A stretch of DNA of 32,000 nucleotides from Opitutales bacterium (GTDB lineage Bacteria > Verrucomicrobiota > Verrucomicrobiia > Opitutales > PNEW01): assembly GCA_965219535.1 (NCBI GenBank), contig CBDCNV010000001.1, positions 900,001 through 932,000 of the forward strand. Reading direction: 5' to 3'. The position numbers were made by a program, and so were the translations under genes. Positions within the stretch are counted from its first letter, which is position 1; the number at the start of each line of letters is the position of its first letter. Shown piece after piece: positions 16,360-24,122 of the stretch. Under the pieces are notes generated by a model, which saw only the letters and a program-made list of their open reading frames with translations, was not told where the DNA came from and ran no database searches.

Positions 16360-17466
16360 TCAAGCGATCGTGAGCGCGGCTTCGCGCTCGAGGACATCGT
16401 CATCCGCGCAGTCGGCACCTTCGACGGGCGATGGCAGTTCGGGGACGTAGGTGTAATCGGGGTCCTCGAGCCGTTTGCGGTGGATCTGCAATATTTCCTT
16501 CCATGTCGCCCAGAGACCGTGGTGTGCCGGTGGTAGGTCGTCCTCGATAGCGGCGCGTAGTTTCGGCAAATTGAAAAAGGGCACCGCGGGGAACATGTGA
16601 TGCTCAATATGGTACTGCATGTTCCAGTAGAGGAAGCCGGGTAACCACGAGCAGGTGTAAGTCCGGCAGCAGAGGCGATGATCCGGTGTGTCTGGAGTAA
16701 GTCCGGAATGCTGCGGATTACCGCAGAGAAAACCCAGCCATTGGCAATAGTGTTTGCCCTGGACAAGGATGATTAGAAACCAGTGTCCGGTGGCGATAAA
16801 GACCGCCGCCAGGGTCGCGTGGCCGAGAAGTGTGACCCTCGCCCAGTTGCGGTGCTCGCGGCGCATCTTGGCGTCACTTTCGGGCATTATGAACTCATAC
16901 CATTCGTTGTCCATTTTACCGGTCGCGCGCTTGGCATAAAATTTCAAAACATCCCAGGTTTGCAACGGTTCCCAGGCAAACAAACGGGTCCAGAATCGCC
17001 AGTCTTTAAACGTGAATTTTGTGGGCAGTACTACCTCGCCATCATAGTCGTGGTGGACTGTAACCTGGTGGTGCCTGATGTGGCTGGGTCGAAACCAGAC
17101 GATATCCCACCAGCCAATGAATCCAAATACCCTAAGGAAAAACTCGTTCAGTGCTTTCGTCTTAAATGGCGTCCGATGCATGAGTTCATGGCACGCTGTG
17201 CCCCCGAGGAAATTGCAGAAGGAGCCGTGAACAAACAACGCGGCGAACAGAAGGGGGACCGACCAGATCCAGCTATCTCCGTTTATCTGCAGGAAGATGA
17301 AGTAAGCCAGTGCCCCGGTCAGGAAACACAATCCCAGGTGCCCCAGGGCTTGGCGCAGCCCCTGCAGATCGCTCCGCTTAGTCAGCTCCTTCATCACAGC
17401 GGGATCAACTTTGCAGCGGTACCAACTGATCGTCTTGTCCTTGAGGAATTTTTGAGAGTCACTCAT
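16360..17466 (-). CDS. Membrane di-iron fatty-acid desaturase/hydroxylase family protein, paralog 1
   Basis: 368-aa ORF with three histidine boxes in canonical order (HELMH, HIRHH, HIEHH followed by MFPAVP) and hydrophobic segments between them. A paralog lies at 21685..22797. Confidence 0.8.
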   Translation of the reverse strand: MSDSQKFLKDKTISWYRCKVDPAVMKELTKRSDLQGLRQALGHLGLCFLTGALAYFIFLQINGDSWIWSVPLLFAALFVHGSFCNFLGGTACHELMHRTPFKTKALNEFFLRVFGFIGWWDIVWFRPSHIRHHQVTVHHDYDGEVVLPTKFTFKDWRFWTRLFAWEPLQTWDVLKFYAKRATGKMDNEWYEFIMPESDAKMRREHRNWARVTLLGHATLAAVFIATGHWFLIILVQGKHYCQWLGFLCGNPQHSGLTPDTPDHRLCCRTYTCSWLPGFLYWNMQYHIEHHMFPAVPFFNLPKLRAAIEDDLPPAHHGLWATWKEILQIHRKRLEDPDYTYVPELPSPVEGADCADDDVLEREAALTIA

Positions 17467-17652
17467 GTCGATTTTCCGCAGATGTCAAAATTAATGAAGC
17501 CATATTACAATAAAATAATTACAAATACTTGGTTAGTGAAGAATAGCATAGATTGTTTATTTAATATAAAGAAGATTAGACATAAAATGCAGTAACTCCT
17601 AGCACATAATAGGAATTAAGTCTCCTCCATTTTGACTTATTGACGTTTTACT

Positions 17653-19884
17653 CTATTCGATCGTCAATTCTTCAGTCGCAACCTCGATCGCATCCCCGTT
17701 CTCGTTAGCAAAAGTGGCGTCGATGCTCAGTGTTGGCTGAGGTGTGTTGTCCGATTTAAAATTGTTCTGTGTGATCAAGGTCTCGAATCCCGTCGTTGTC
17801 GATCCACTCTCCGCGACGACAACCGCGGCACCGTTTGTTTGCAATAAGTCTCCACCTGTGATCCGCAACCCGGGGTTACCGGCGGGAACAGTGAAGGAGC
17901 CTGAGCCAAACAATATGTGCGGTACCGCATCGCCACTAGCATCGATATCGCCTATGGTTAAGCGTACCGCGATCGGTATCCCCCGCGCGTCGACACCGGT
18001 TTTGCCCGTACTTGCGCTGAACGTGGCGTTCGACAGCTGCATCCCACCCATACCCGTGGAATTTATAACCTCCACGAGGGTCACGTCCGCTTGTGCGTCG
18101 TAGACTTGACCCTCGGGGAAGAGGGCTTGGTTCACCGCGTTGATTGTTCCCACGGTGAAGATACTGAAAAAGGTATTCGCGTCGGCGCCGTCAATTACCA
18201 CGTTGGGTCTGCCGGTGACGTATTCGACGGCCTGGTTATAGCGAGGGGGGATAGCCGGGGGCAGGAAGGTGGTTGGATCGAGGGTGACGGTAAAAGTACC
18301 AACACCCGAAAATTCAACCTGTACGATATCCTCGGTTTCATCCATAAAGGAGACGCGAGTAATTTGCCCGGGCCGGGCCTGTAGCTGGATGGATTCACCG
18401 GTGAGTAAAATTTGGTCAAAGACGTTACCGTTGGGGTGCTGAATATTCTCCCCGGCGATATCACCTGAGCCATCGAGAACGAGAGGCACGGTAGGGACTG
18501 CGACCGTGATGACGGCGGTGTCGCTGTCACCACCACCACCGGCGTTAGTTATTTGCACCCAGTAGTTAGTGCTTGTGGAGAGAGCACCGGTAGTCAAAGT
18601 GCTGTCGGTGGCGCCAGAGACAGGGTTCACGGTGTCACCGCTGTTACCGGTATACCACTGGTAAGTAAGATCATCACCGCTGGCCGCTACGGATAATACG
18701 ACAGCGGTCCCGGACTGCACTTCCTGACTCGCGGGGTGGGTGGTAATCGTTGGTTCAGATACCGGGGGCGGTCCACCTCCACCGTTCGCACCGGGTGCTC
18801 CGATCGGGGTGAATCCAAAATCATCCACGCCGCTTTCACCAACACTACCGGCGGCGGCAAAGGGTAAATTCAAGTAGGTGATTTTACCAATCCCACCCGG
18901 TGCTCCTAATGCTTCGGCATTAAAATCAAAAAAAGTAAAAGGTGAACTTATGCCAATATTGATATTCAGAGGAACGTCGGTTGTCGAAGTGAGCAGGTTA
19001 TCTTCGGTGTCAAAAACCTTGATTTCACTATCTCCCTCAACGAACTGTGCAGAATAAAACTGCACCTTGGCCACTGGGGTTTCAAAAGTTATCATTCCCA
19101 TGGTATCATTCTGAATCGCCCATATTCCTCGACTGATATCAGGAAAAGTATGATTTAATGGAGAATTCACTATCGTTCCTACAGACGGTTGCACAATACC
19201 ACCGGTAAAAGTGGCGCTAAAGGGTGATTCACCTAGCGTGAAATTAACTCGGTTAATAAAAATTTTAAATATTGGATGATTATCTAAATCCTCAAAATCT
19301 TCGAAGACAGTATTATTGGGAGGTCCAACGACATAGGTAAATCCAAGATTGTCGAGAGAAAATTGTCCGGTGACGCTGATAACTTTAATTTCTTTTATGC
19401 CATTGGTGAAATTAAGATCATTGAGATCGAGTACATCTTCACTGAAAGCGATAAAACTTTGTAAAGGTGGATTAGCGCTGGTACTTATATCAGAAGGTAG
19501 TCCATTGACTATACCTTGTTCAGAAAGGATCAAAAAATTTTTATCTCTTAATTCGATTCTGCCTCCCCCCTGTGATTCAGCAGCATAAAACTGGAGCAGG
19601 TTGACGCCTCGTTCAAATAAGATTTTTCCTTCTTGCGCGCCAGGGACGAGGACTAAAGCCCTGGTGCCCGAGTGGGCGAGATTTGGATTGTCTACAGTTT
19701 CTAAGGTGAAGTTTATTACCCTGATACTATCGGGGGGTTCGCCAAGAACAAAATCAGTTCCCTCTGCGGACACCCCTTCAAAATCGAAATAAGTATCAAG
19801 GTCTTGAGGAAGGGCATAAAGGTGAGCCGGTAAATAGAGCATTAAAATCAGAATCGGAATTATTTTTATTAGTTTTCTTTTCAT
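17653..19884 (-). CDS. Secreted multidomain protein of unknown function, paralog 2 of 3258..5519
   Basis: 743-aa ORF with signal peptide MKRKLIKIIPILILMLYLPAHLYALPQ. It has the same Ig-like segment (LTYQWYTGNSGDT) and a highly similar C-terminal half ending ..EELTIE. The N-terminal half is much more diverged. Confidence 0.8.
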   Translation of the reverse strand: MKRKLIKIIPILILMLYLPAHLYALPQDLDTYFDFEGVSAEGTDFVLGEPPDSIRVINFTLETVDNPNLAHSGTRALVLVPGAQEGKILFERGVNLLQFYAAESQGGGRIELRDKNFLILSEQGIVNGLPSDISTSANPPLQSFIAFSEDVLDLNDLNFTNGIKEIKVISVTGQFSLDNLGFTYVVGPPNNTVFEDFEDLDNHPIFKIFINRVNFTLGESPFSATFTGGIVQPSVGTIVNSPLNHTFPDISRGIWAIQNDTMGMITFETPVAKVQFYSAQFVEGDSEIKVFDTEDNLLTSTTDVPLNINIGISSPFTFFDFNAEALGAPGGIGKITYLNLPFAAAGSVGESGVDDFGFTPIGAPGANGGGGPPPVSEPTITTHPASQEVQSGTAVVLSVAASGDDLTYQWYTGNSGDTVNPVSGATDSTLTTGALSTSTNYWVQITNAGGGGDSDTAVITVAVPTVPLVLDGSGDIAGENIQHPNGNVFDQILLTGESIQLQARPGQITRVSFMDETEDIVQVEFSGVGTFTVTLDPTTFLPPAIPPRYNQAVEYVTGRPNVVIDGADANTFFSIFTVGTINAVNQALFPEGQVYDAQADVTLVEVINSTGMGGMQLSNATFSASTGKTGVDARGIPIAVRLTIGDIDASGDAVPHILFGSGSFTVPAGNPGLRITGGDLLQTNGAAVVVAESGSTTTGFETLITQNNFKSDNTPQPTLSIDATFANENGDAIEVATEELTIE

Positions 19885-20059
19885 ACTGCTATAACATTTA
19901 GAGCGATGCCAATTCGGGCGAATTATTTGACGGGTTAGTTAGTATTCAACCTAATCATTATTTAAATATTGGCGAGGGCTTTAGGTGGAATAATTAAGGC
20001 CGTTTAAATGAAATAGAGGATTAAGCTCCATTGCCAGTTTTCAAAAAAGAATTGTTCCG

Positions 20060-20160
20060 TTCGGGCAATGCAAGGTGATTGCAATGCTGCGCCCTCGATT
20101 GTCGATTGAGTGGAATGGCAACCAGTCGTCGCCAAGGCTATGCCCGGCAGGCAAATGGCA
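20060..20160. repeat. Degenerate or rearranged fragments of the GC-rich core family
   Basis: ctgcgccctcg (the core 3' end) is followed by tcgattgtcgattgagt, which is identical over 17 nt to 3032-3048. Next comes cagtcgtcgccaaggctatgcccggcaggc, which resembles the core middle ccgtcgcacgaggctatggacgacaggc. Confidence 0.35.
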
Positions 20161-20175
20161 CAAGAGCACAAAAAA

Positions 20176-20964
20176 TCATGATTTCTCTTCTGAAGGATGT
20201 TTCTGTGTATCGTATAATGTAGAAGTACCTGGAAGCTTTGATTTTCGACCATGTTTTTCTAAAAGTTTATCTGATGCTTCAATAACCAAAGAGAGAATAT
20301 TAATTTCTTCTACCACTTCAAAAAGCATGCGTTTTCCCGCGGCATGAACTTTGTCTACCGCCTCGGCAAATGCTTTCTTTGCCTCAGGGTGATTAGGTTC
20401 CCCGGGTAGACCCATGGACTGTGCTATATCTTCAGGCCCACCCGTGAAAAAATCAATGCCGTCAACCGTAAGGATTTCATCCAAATTTTCAAAGGCGGTG
20501 ATGCTTTCCAGTTGTGGTACTAACAGCGTATTTTCATTAGCAAAATTGTAGACAAACTTACGATCGGTTTCTACTGCATTAAATATCATTCGAATACCGG
20601 TTGCGCTGCGGGCTCCTTTGGGCCCGTAGTAGGTGTATTTAACCATAGCTTCCGCTTCCTCTTTTGTTTTCAGGTTGGGAACGACAATCAATTTTACACC
20701 GCGGTCTAAGTAGCTGAGAATTGTGCTCTCATTCTGATCGGGAATACGCATGCCGGCGGTAATTCCAAATCCCTCTGCGACACGACATAGGTGCTCTGCC
20801 GTTGCGGGGTGAATGGCGGAATGTTGACCCTCAATGTAAATATAATCAAGCCCCATAATGGCGGCCAATTCTATAAATTCTTCTTCTCCAGCTCTGACGT
20901 TCAAGCCCAATGCCTTTTCTCCATTCTTAACTCGTTCAATTATTTTATTGGTCTTCATGGACAT
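20176..20964 (-). CDS. HpcH/HpaI-family (class II, divalent-metal) aldolase
   Basis: 262-aa ORF. The N-terminal pattern IERVKNGEKALGLNV..EFIELAAIMGLDYIYIEGQHS matches the family layout. It has the Arg in GMRIP, a Glu in VPQLES, and GGPEDIAQSMG (Asp). Confidence 0.7.
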   Translation of the reverse strand: MSMKTNKIIERVKNGEKALGLNVRAGEEEFIELAAIMGLDYIYIEGQHSAIHPATAEHLCRVAEGFGITAGMRIPDQNESTILSYLDRGVKLIVVPNLKTKEEAEAMVKYTYYGPKGARSATGIRMIFNAVETDRKFVYNFANENTLLVPQLESITAFENLDEILTVDGIDFFTGGPEDIAQSMGLPGEPNHPEAKKAFAEAVDKVHAAGKRMLFEVVEEINILSLVIEASDKLLEKHGRKSKLPGTSTLYDTQKHPSEEKS

Positions 20965-21087
20965 GCTTTCTTTTTATCGGTAGTCTGTGAGAAACAGTGT
21001 TGTGAAAGATTGAAATTTTCAAAAGTAAAGCGCCACCTCCCAATATAGACAAGACCTAATGCTTTTAATCGCTAACTGAATCAATCG

Positions 21088-21146
21088 CTACCGAGGGCGC
21101 AACCCACCTGCCGTCCATATCCTCGTGCGACGGATGGACATCCCTC
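21088..21146 (-). repeat. GC-rich core repeat, reverse-complement copy
   Basis: The reverse complement reads gagggatgtccatccgtcgcacgaggatatggacggcaggtgggttgcgccctcggtag, which has 4 substitutions relative to 5621-5679. Confidence 0.7.
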
Positions 21147-21157
21147 AATAGACATTT

Positions 21158-21193
21158 CAATTTCCGATTTCCGATTGCCGATTTTCGATTTGG
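21158..21193. repeat. Left inverted arm: about 5 units of a 7-nt (C/G)CGATTT repeat
   Basis: The sequence is caatttc cgatttc cgattgc cgattttc gatttgg. The reverse complement of 21641-21677 aligns to it. Confidence 0.65.
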
Positions 21194-21269
21194 AGGATGA
21201 TGAGCTTCGCGCTCGGTACAATAGACAGGGTGTTAATGGTTTTCGGAATTATCCGATTAATAAATTTAT

Positions 21270-21623
21270 ATGGACTCTAATATATTGAAGCAACGGACTA
21301 AAAACTTGGCAATGCGTATACTAAAGATGGTCGAAACTTTACCTAATACATCAACCGCAAGAATTATAAGCCATCAAATCATACTGTCTGGGACCTCAGT
21401 AGCCGCAAATAATCGGGCGGCGTGTCGTGCAAGAAGTAAAGCAGAATTTATTGCAAAACTAGGAATTGTGGAAGAAGAGGCTGATGAAACACTCTTTTGG
21501 CTCGAACTGAGCGAAGAAACAGGACTGTTACCATCCAATCGACTTAAAGATATCAAACAAGAAGCTAACGAAATTACTGCAATTATTGTGTCTTCACGCA
21601 AATCTGCTAAATTTCCTCAATAA
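21270..21623 (+). CDS. Four-helix-bundle protein (23S rRNA intervening-sequence protein family, PF05635/TIGR02436-like; same fold family as DGR Avd)
   Basis: 117-aa ORF with the family-typical pattern: LAMRILKMVETLP..ARIISHQIILSGTSVAANNRAACRARSKAEFIAKLGIVEEEADETLFWLEL. It is on the opposite strand to both neighbouring genes. Confidence 0.85.
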   Translation: MDSNILKQRTKNLAMRILKMVETLPNTSTARIISHQIILSGTSVAANNRAACRARSKAEFIAKLGIVEEEADETLFWLELSEETGLLPSNRLKDIKQEANEITAIIVSSRKSAKFPQ

Positions 21624-21640
21624 TTAATTTTATATTTAGT

Positions 21641-21677
21641 ATCAATCGGCATTCGCAAATCGCAAATCGGCAATTGG
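21641..21677. repeat. Right inverted arm: about 5 units of the 7-nt repeat in inverted orientation
   Basis: The sequence is atcaatcggc attcgca aatcgca aatcggc aattgg. Its reverse complement is ccaattgccgatttgcgatttgcgaatgccgattgat. The last two units are also present downstream of desaturase paralog 1 (16335-16352). Confidence 0.65.
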
Positions 21678-21684
21678 CTTTCCC

Positions 21685-22797
21685 TCAACCGATCATAAGC
21701 GCGGCCTCGCGCTCGAGGACATCGTCATCCGCGCAGTCGGCATTTTCACCTTCGACGGGCGATGGCAGTTCGGGGATGAAGGTGTAATCGGGGTCCTCGA
21801 GCCGTTTGCGGTGGATCTGCACTATTTCCTTCCATGTTGCCCATAGACCGTGGTGTGCCGGTGGCAGGTCGTGCTCGATAGCGGCGCGTAGTTTCGGTAA
21901 ATTGAAAAAGGGCACCGCCGGGAACATGTGATGCTCAATGTGGTACTGCATGTTCCAGTAGAGGAAGGCCGGTAGCCACGAGCAGGTATAAGTCCGGCAG
22001 CAGAGGCGGTGATCCGGTGTGTTCGGATTAAGTCCGGAATGTTGTGGTTGACCGCAGAGAAAACCCAGCCAATGGCAATAGTGTCTTCCATTGACAAGAA
22101 TGATTAGAAACCAGTATCCGGTAGCGATAAAGACCGCCGCCAGTGCCGCGTGGCCGAGAAGTGTGAACCTCGCCCAGTTGCGGTGCTCGCGGCGCAGCTT
22201 GGCGTCACTTTCGGGCATGATGAACTCATACCATTCGTTGTCCATTTTTCCAAACGCGCGCTTGGTATAGGATTTCAAAATATCCCAGGTTTGCAATGGG
22301 TTCCAGGCTAACAAATCAGTCCAGAATCGCCAGTCTTTGAACGTGAATTTGGACGGCAGCACCACCTCGCCGTCATAGTCGTCGTGGACTGTAACCTGGT
22401 GGTGCCTGATGTGGCTGGGTCGAAACCAGACGAAATCCCACCAGCCGAGGAATGAAAAAACGCGAAGAAAAAACTCATTCAACGCTTTCGTCTTGAACGG
22501 TGTCCGATGCATGAGTTCATGGCATGGCGCGCCGCCGAGGAAACGGCAGAAGGTGCCATGAACAAACAAGGCGGCGAGCAGAAGGGGGACAGACCAGATC
22601 CAGCTATCTGCATTTATTCGAAGGAAGACGAAGTAAGCCAGTGACCCAGTCAGGAAACACAATCCCAGGGAACCCAGGCAATGGGTTAGTCCCTGTAAAT
22701 CGCTCCGCTTGGTCAGCTCTTTCATCACAGCTGGATCAACCTTGCAGCGATACCAACTGATCGTCTTGTCTTTAACGAATTTTCGAGCGTCGCTCAT
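21685..22797 (-). CDS. Membrane di-iron fatty-acid desaturase/hydroxylase family protein, paralog 2
   Basis: 370-aa ORF collinear with 16360..17466, with the same His boxes (HELMH, HIRHH, HIEHH). About 60 nt of the 5' flank and about 25 nt of the 3' flank are also conserved between the two loci. Confidence 0.8.
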   Translation of the reverse strand: MSDARKFVKDKTISWYRCKVDPAVMKELTKRSDLQGLTHCLGSLGLCFLTGSLAYFVFLRINADSWIWSVPLLLAALFVHGTFCRFLGGAPCHELMHRTPFKTKALNEFFLRVFSFLGWWDFVWFRPSHIRHHQVTVHDDYDGEVVLPSKFTFKDWRFWTDLLAWNPLQTWDILKSYTKRAFGKMDNEWYEFIMPESDAKLRREHRNWARFTLLGHAALAAVFIATGYWFLIILVNGRHYCHWLGFLCGQPQHSGLNPNTPDHRLCCRTYTCSWLPAFLYWNMQYHIEHHMFPAVPFFNLPKLRAAIEHDLPPAHHGLWATWKEIVQIHRKRLEDPDYTFIPELPSPVEGENADCADDDVLEREAALMIG

Positions 22798-23016
22798 ATC
22801 GAATTTCCGCGGATGTCACATTTAATGGAGCAATATTACAATTAAATAATTCAATAACGAGGAAAGTCAAGAATGGCTGAGATCCTGAAGTATCTGAAGA
22901 TGTTCGCCAGGTATTGCTCCCACCTTTATCCTGTAGCCTTCCTCTTCGAAATGCTCGATTTGGTTCTGAGTTATATTTAATTGAGTGATCTAGACGTGAA
23001 TAAAACACTTAATTAA

Positions 23017-24063
23017 TTACAAGGTAATCTTTGGGTCGCTGGGATAAAAAGATTCGGTAATATATTGCTGTATACGCTCGGTCAGTTCGGGTAAGGAGGG
23101 AGAAGCATCAGGCCCTCCACGATAGATGCGATGGCCGGCATTTTCCACTATGATAAGGTCTGCTTTGGCGCCCACCTCGTCTGCTACCTCTTTTAGCCAC
23201 TGGGAATTATTTTGCAATCGCTTATCTTTTGTTCCTGTCAGGATTAGAGTAGGCGGTGATGTATCATTAAGATAGTTTACCGGGCTGGCCTTGTTATAGC
23301 GGTCGGGTACTTCATCAACTTTACCGCCAAAAAGGTAATTTAAGGTTCTTTTCATTTTCTGTGAAACTTTATCTCCCGCTTTTAGCGAATCATTCGCCTG
23401 GCGAAAAAAGTCAGTAGGAGCAGATAAGCTTATAATGAAGGCAACGCGGTAGGGGTTGTTATGAATAGAATCATACTCAGAAAAATCTGACGCTTTCGAT
23501 AAACCAGATATAAGAGCCAGTTGCGCACCGGAGGAATGGCCGATGAGGCCAATGTTTTGGGCGTCGAATTCCTGATCTTCGGCATTGCTTCCCAACCAAT
23601 GCAATGCATCTTTGCAGTCAGCGATGATGTCAGGCATTGCTGTGTTTTCATCAGCATTTCTAAAATCAATCGATACGACATTAATTTTATTCGCATCAAT
23701 AAGCGGAAACAAGGTATGATGAAAGAAATCAATTCTCGTAACATCATTTTTGCTGCCCCGGGTGTAACCGCCTCCATGAAAAAAAACGACTATCGGAAGA
23801 TTGGAAGCAGCACTCTCTTTAGCTGAAGAATAAATATTAAGCGTCAGTTCTTCTTCGTTGACCTCTTTATAAACAAGCTCCCGGTTGGTAATATTATATT
23901 CCGGTTTTCTCTCGTCTGATTGTCCGAAACTGGAATTATTGGCAAATACTAGTGACGCAATTAAGATAAACAACAACAGTTCCATCCAAGTATTTTTACC
24001 TTTAAAATACAGTTTAATATTTTTCATATAGATAAATTTAATTTGCCACGTTTTACCGAACAT
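23017..24063 (-). CDS. Secreted alpha/beta-hydrolase fold esterase/lipase
   Basis: The ORF is up to 348 aa; the real start may be the internal Met at 24027 or 23985. It has the hydrophobic leader MELLLFILIASLVFA, the oxyanion block VVFFHGGGYTRGS, the nucleophile elbow GHSSGAQLA, and a C-terminal ENAGHRIY (His). Confidence 0.75.
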   Translation of the reverse strand: MFGKTWQIKFIYMKNIKLYFKGKNTWMELLLFILIASLVFANNSSFGQSDERKPEYNITNRELVYKEVNEEELTLNIYSSAKESAASNLPIVVFFHGGGYTRGSKNDVTRIDFFHHTLFPLIDANKINVVSIDFRNADENTAMPDIIADCKDALHWLGSNAEDQEFDAQNIGLIGHSSGAQLALISGLSKASDFSEYDSIHNNPYRVAFIISLSAPTDFFRQANDSLKAGDKVSQKMKRTLNYLFGGKVDEVPDRYNKASPVNYLNDTSPPTLILTGTKDKRLQNNSQWLKEVADEVGAKADLIIVENAGHRIYRGGPDASPSLPELTERIQQYITESFYPSDPKITL

Positions 24064-24122
24064 TCAGCCAAATACTGAACATCCATTTTACCCTCAAGGG
24101 GGGCATGACAATGAACGGTATT

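Noticed and set aside
16197-17595. Long antisense or overlapping ORFs, for example 16197..16766 (189 aa) and 16783..17595 (270 aa). Similar ones lie at 12608..13033, 2457..2708 and 3333..3708.
   Set aside because: They lie entirely within, or opposite to, strongly supported genes in GC-rich sequence. They have low-complexity Arg/Pro/Ser-rich translations and no recognisable motifs, so they are typical shadow ORFs.
21158-21193. CRISPR arrays, suggested by the periodic short repeats here and at 5601-5620, 16285-16320 and 12199-12234.
   Set aside because: The repeat units are 6-7 nt and directly abutting, with no spacers. The arrays are only 20-40 bp long, and no cas genes are present.
21270-21623. 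A diversity-generating retroelement. The Avd-like four-helix-bundle gene, together with two paralogous secreted proteins that have variable regions, suggested one.
   Set aside because: The window contains no reverse transcriptase ORF and no template/variable repeat pair. The differences between the paralogs are spread over the whole N-terminal half rather than confined to a short C-terminal tract with adenine-specific changes.
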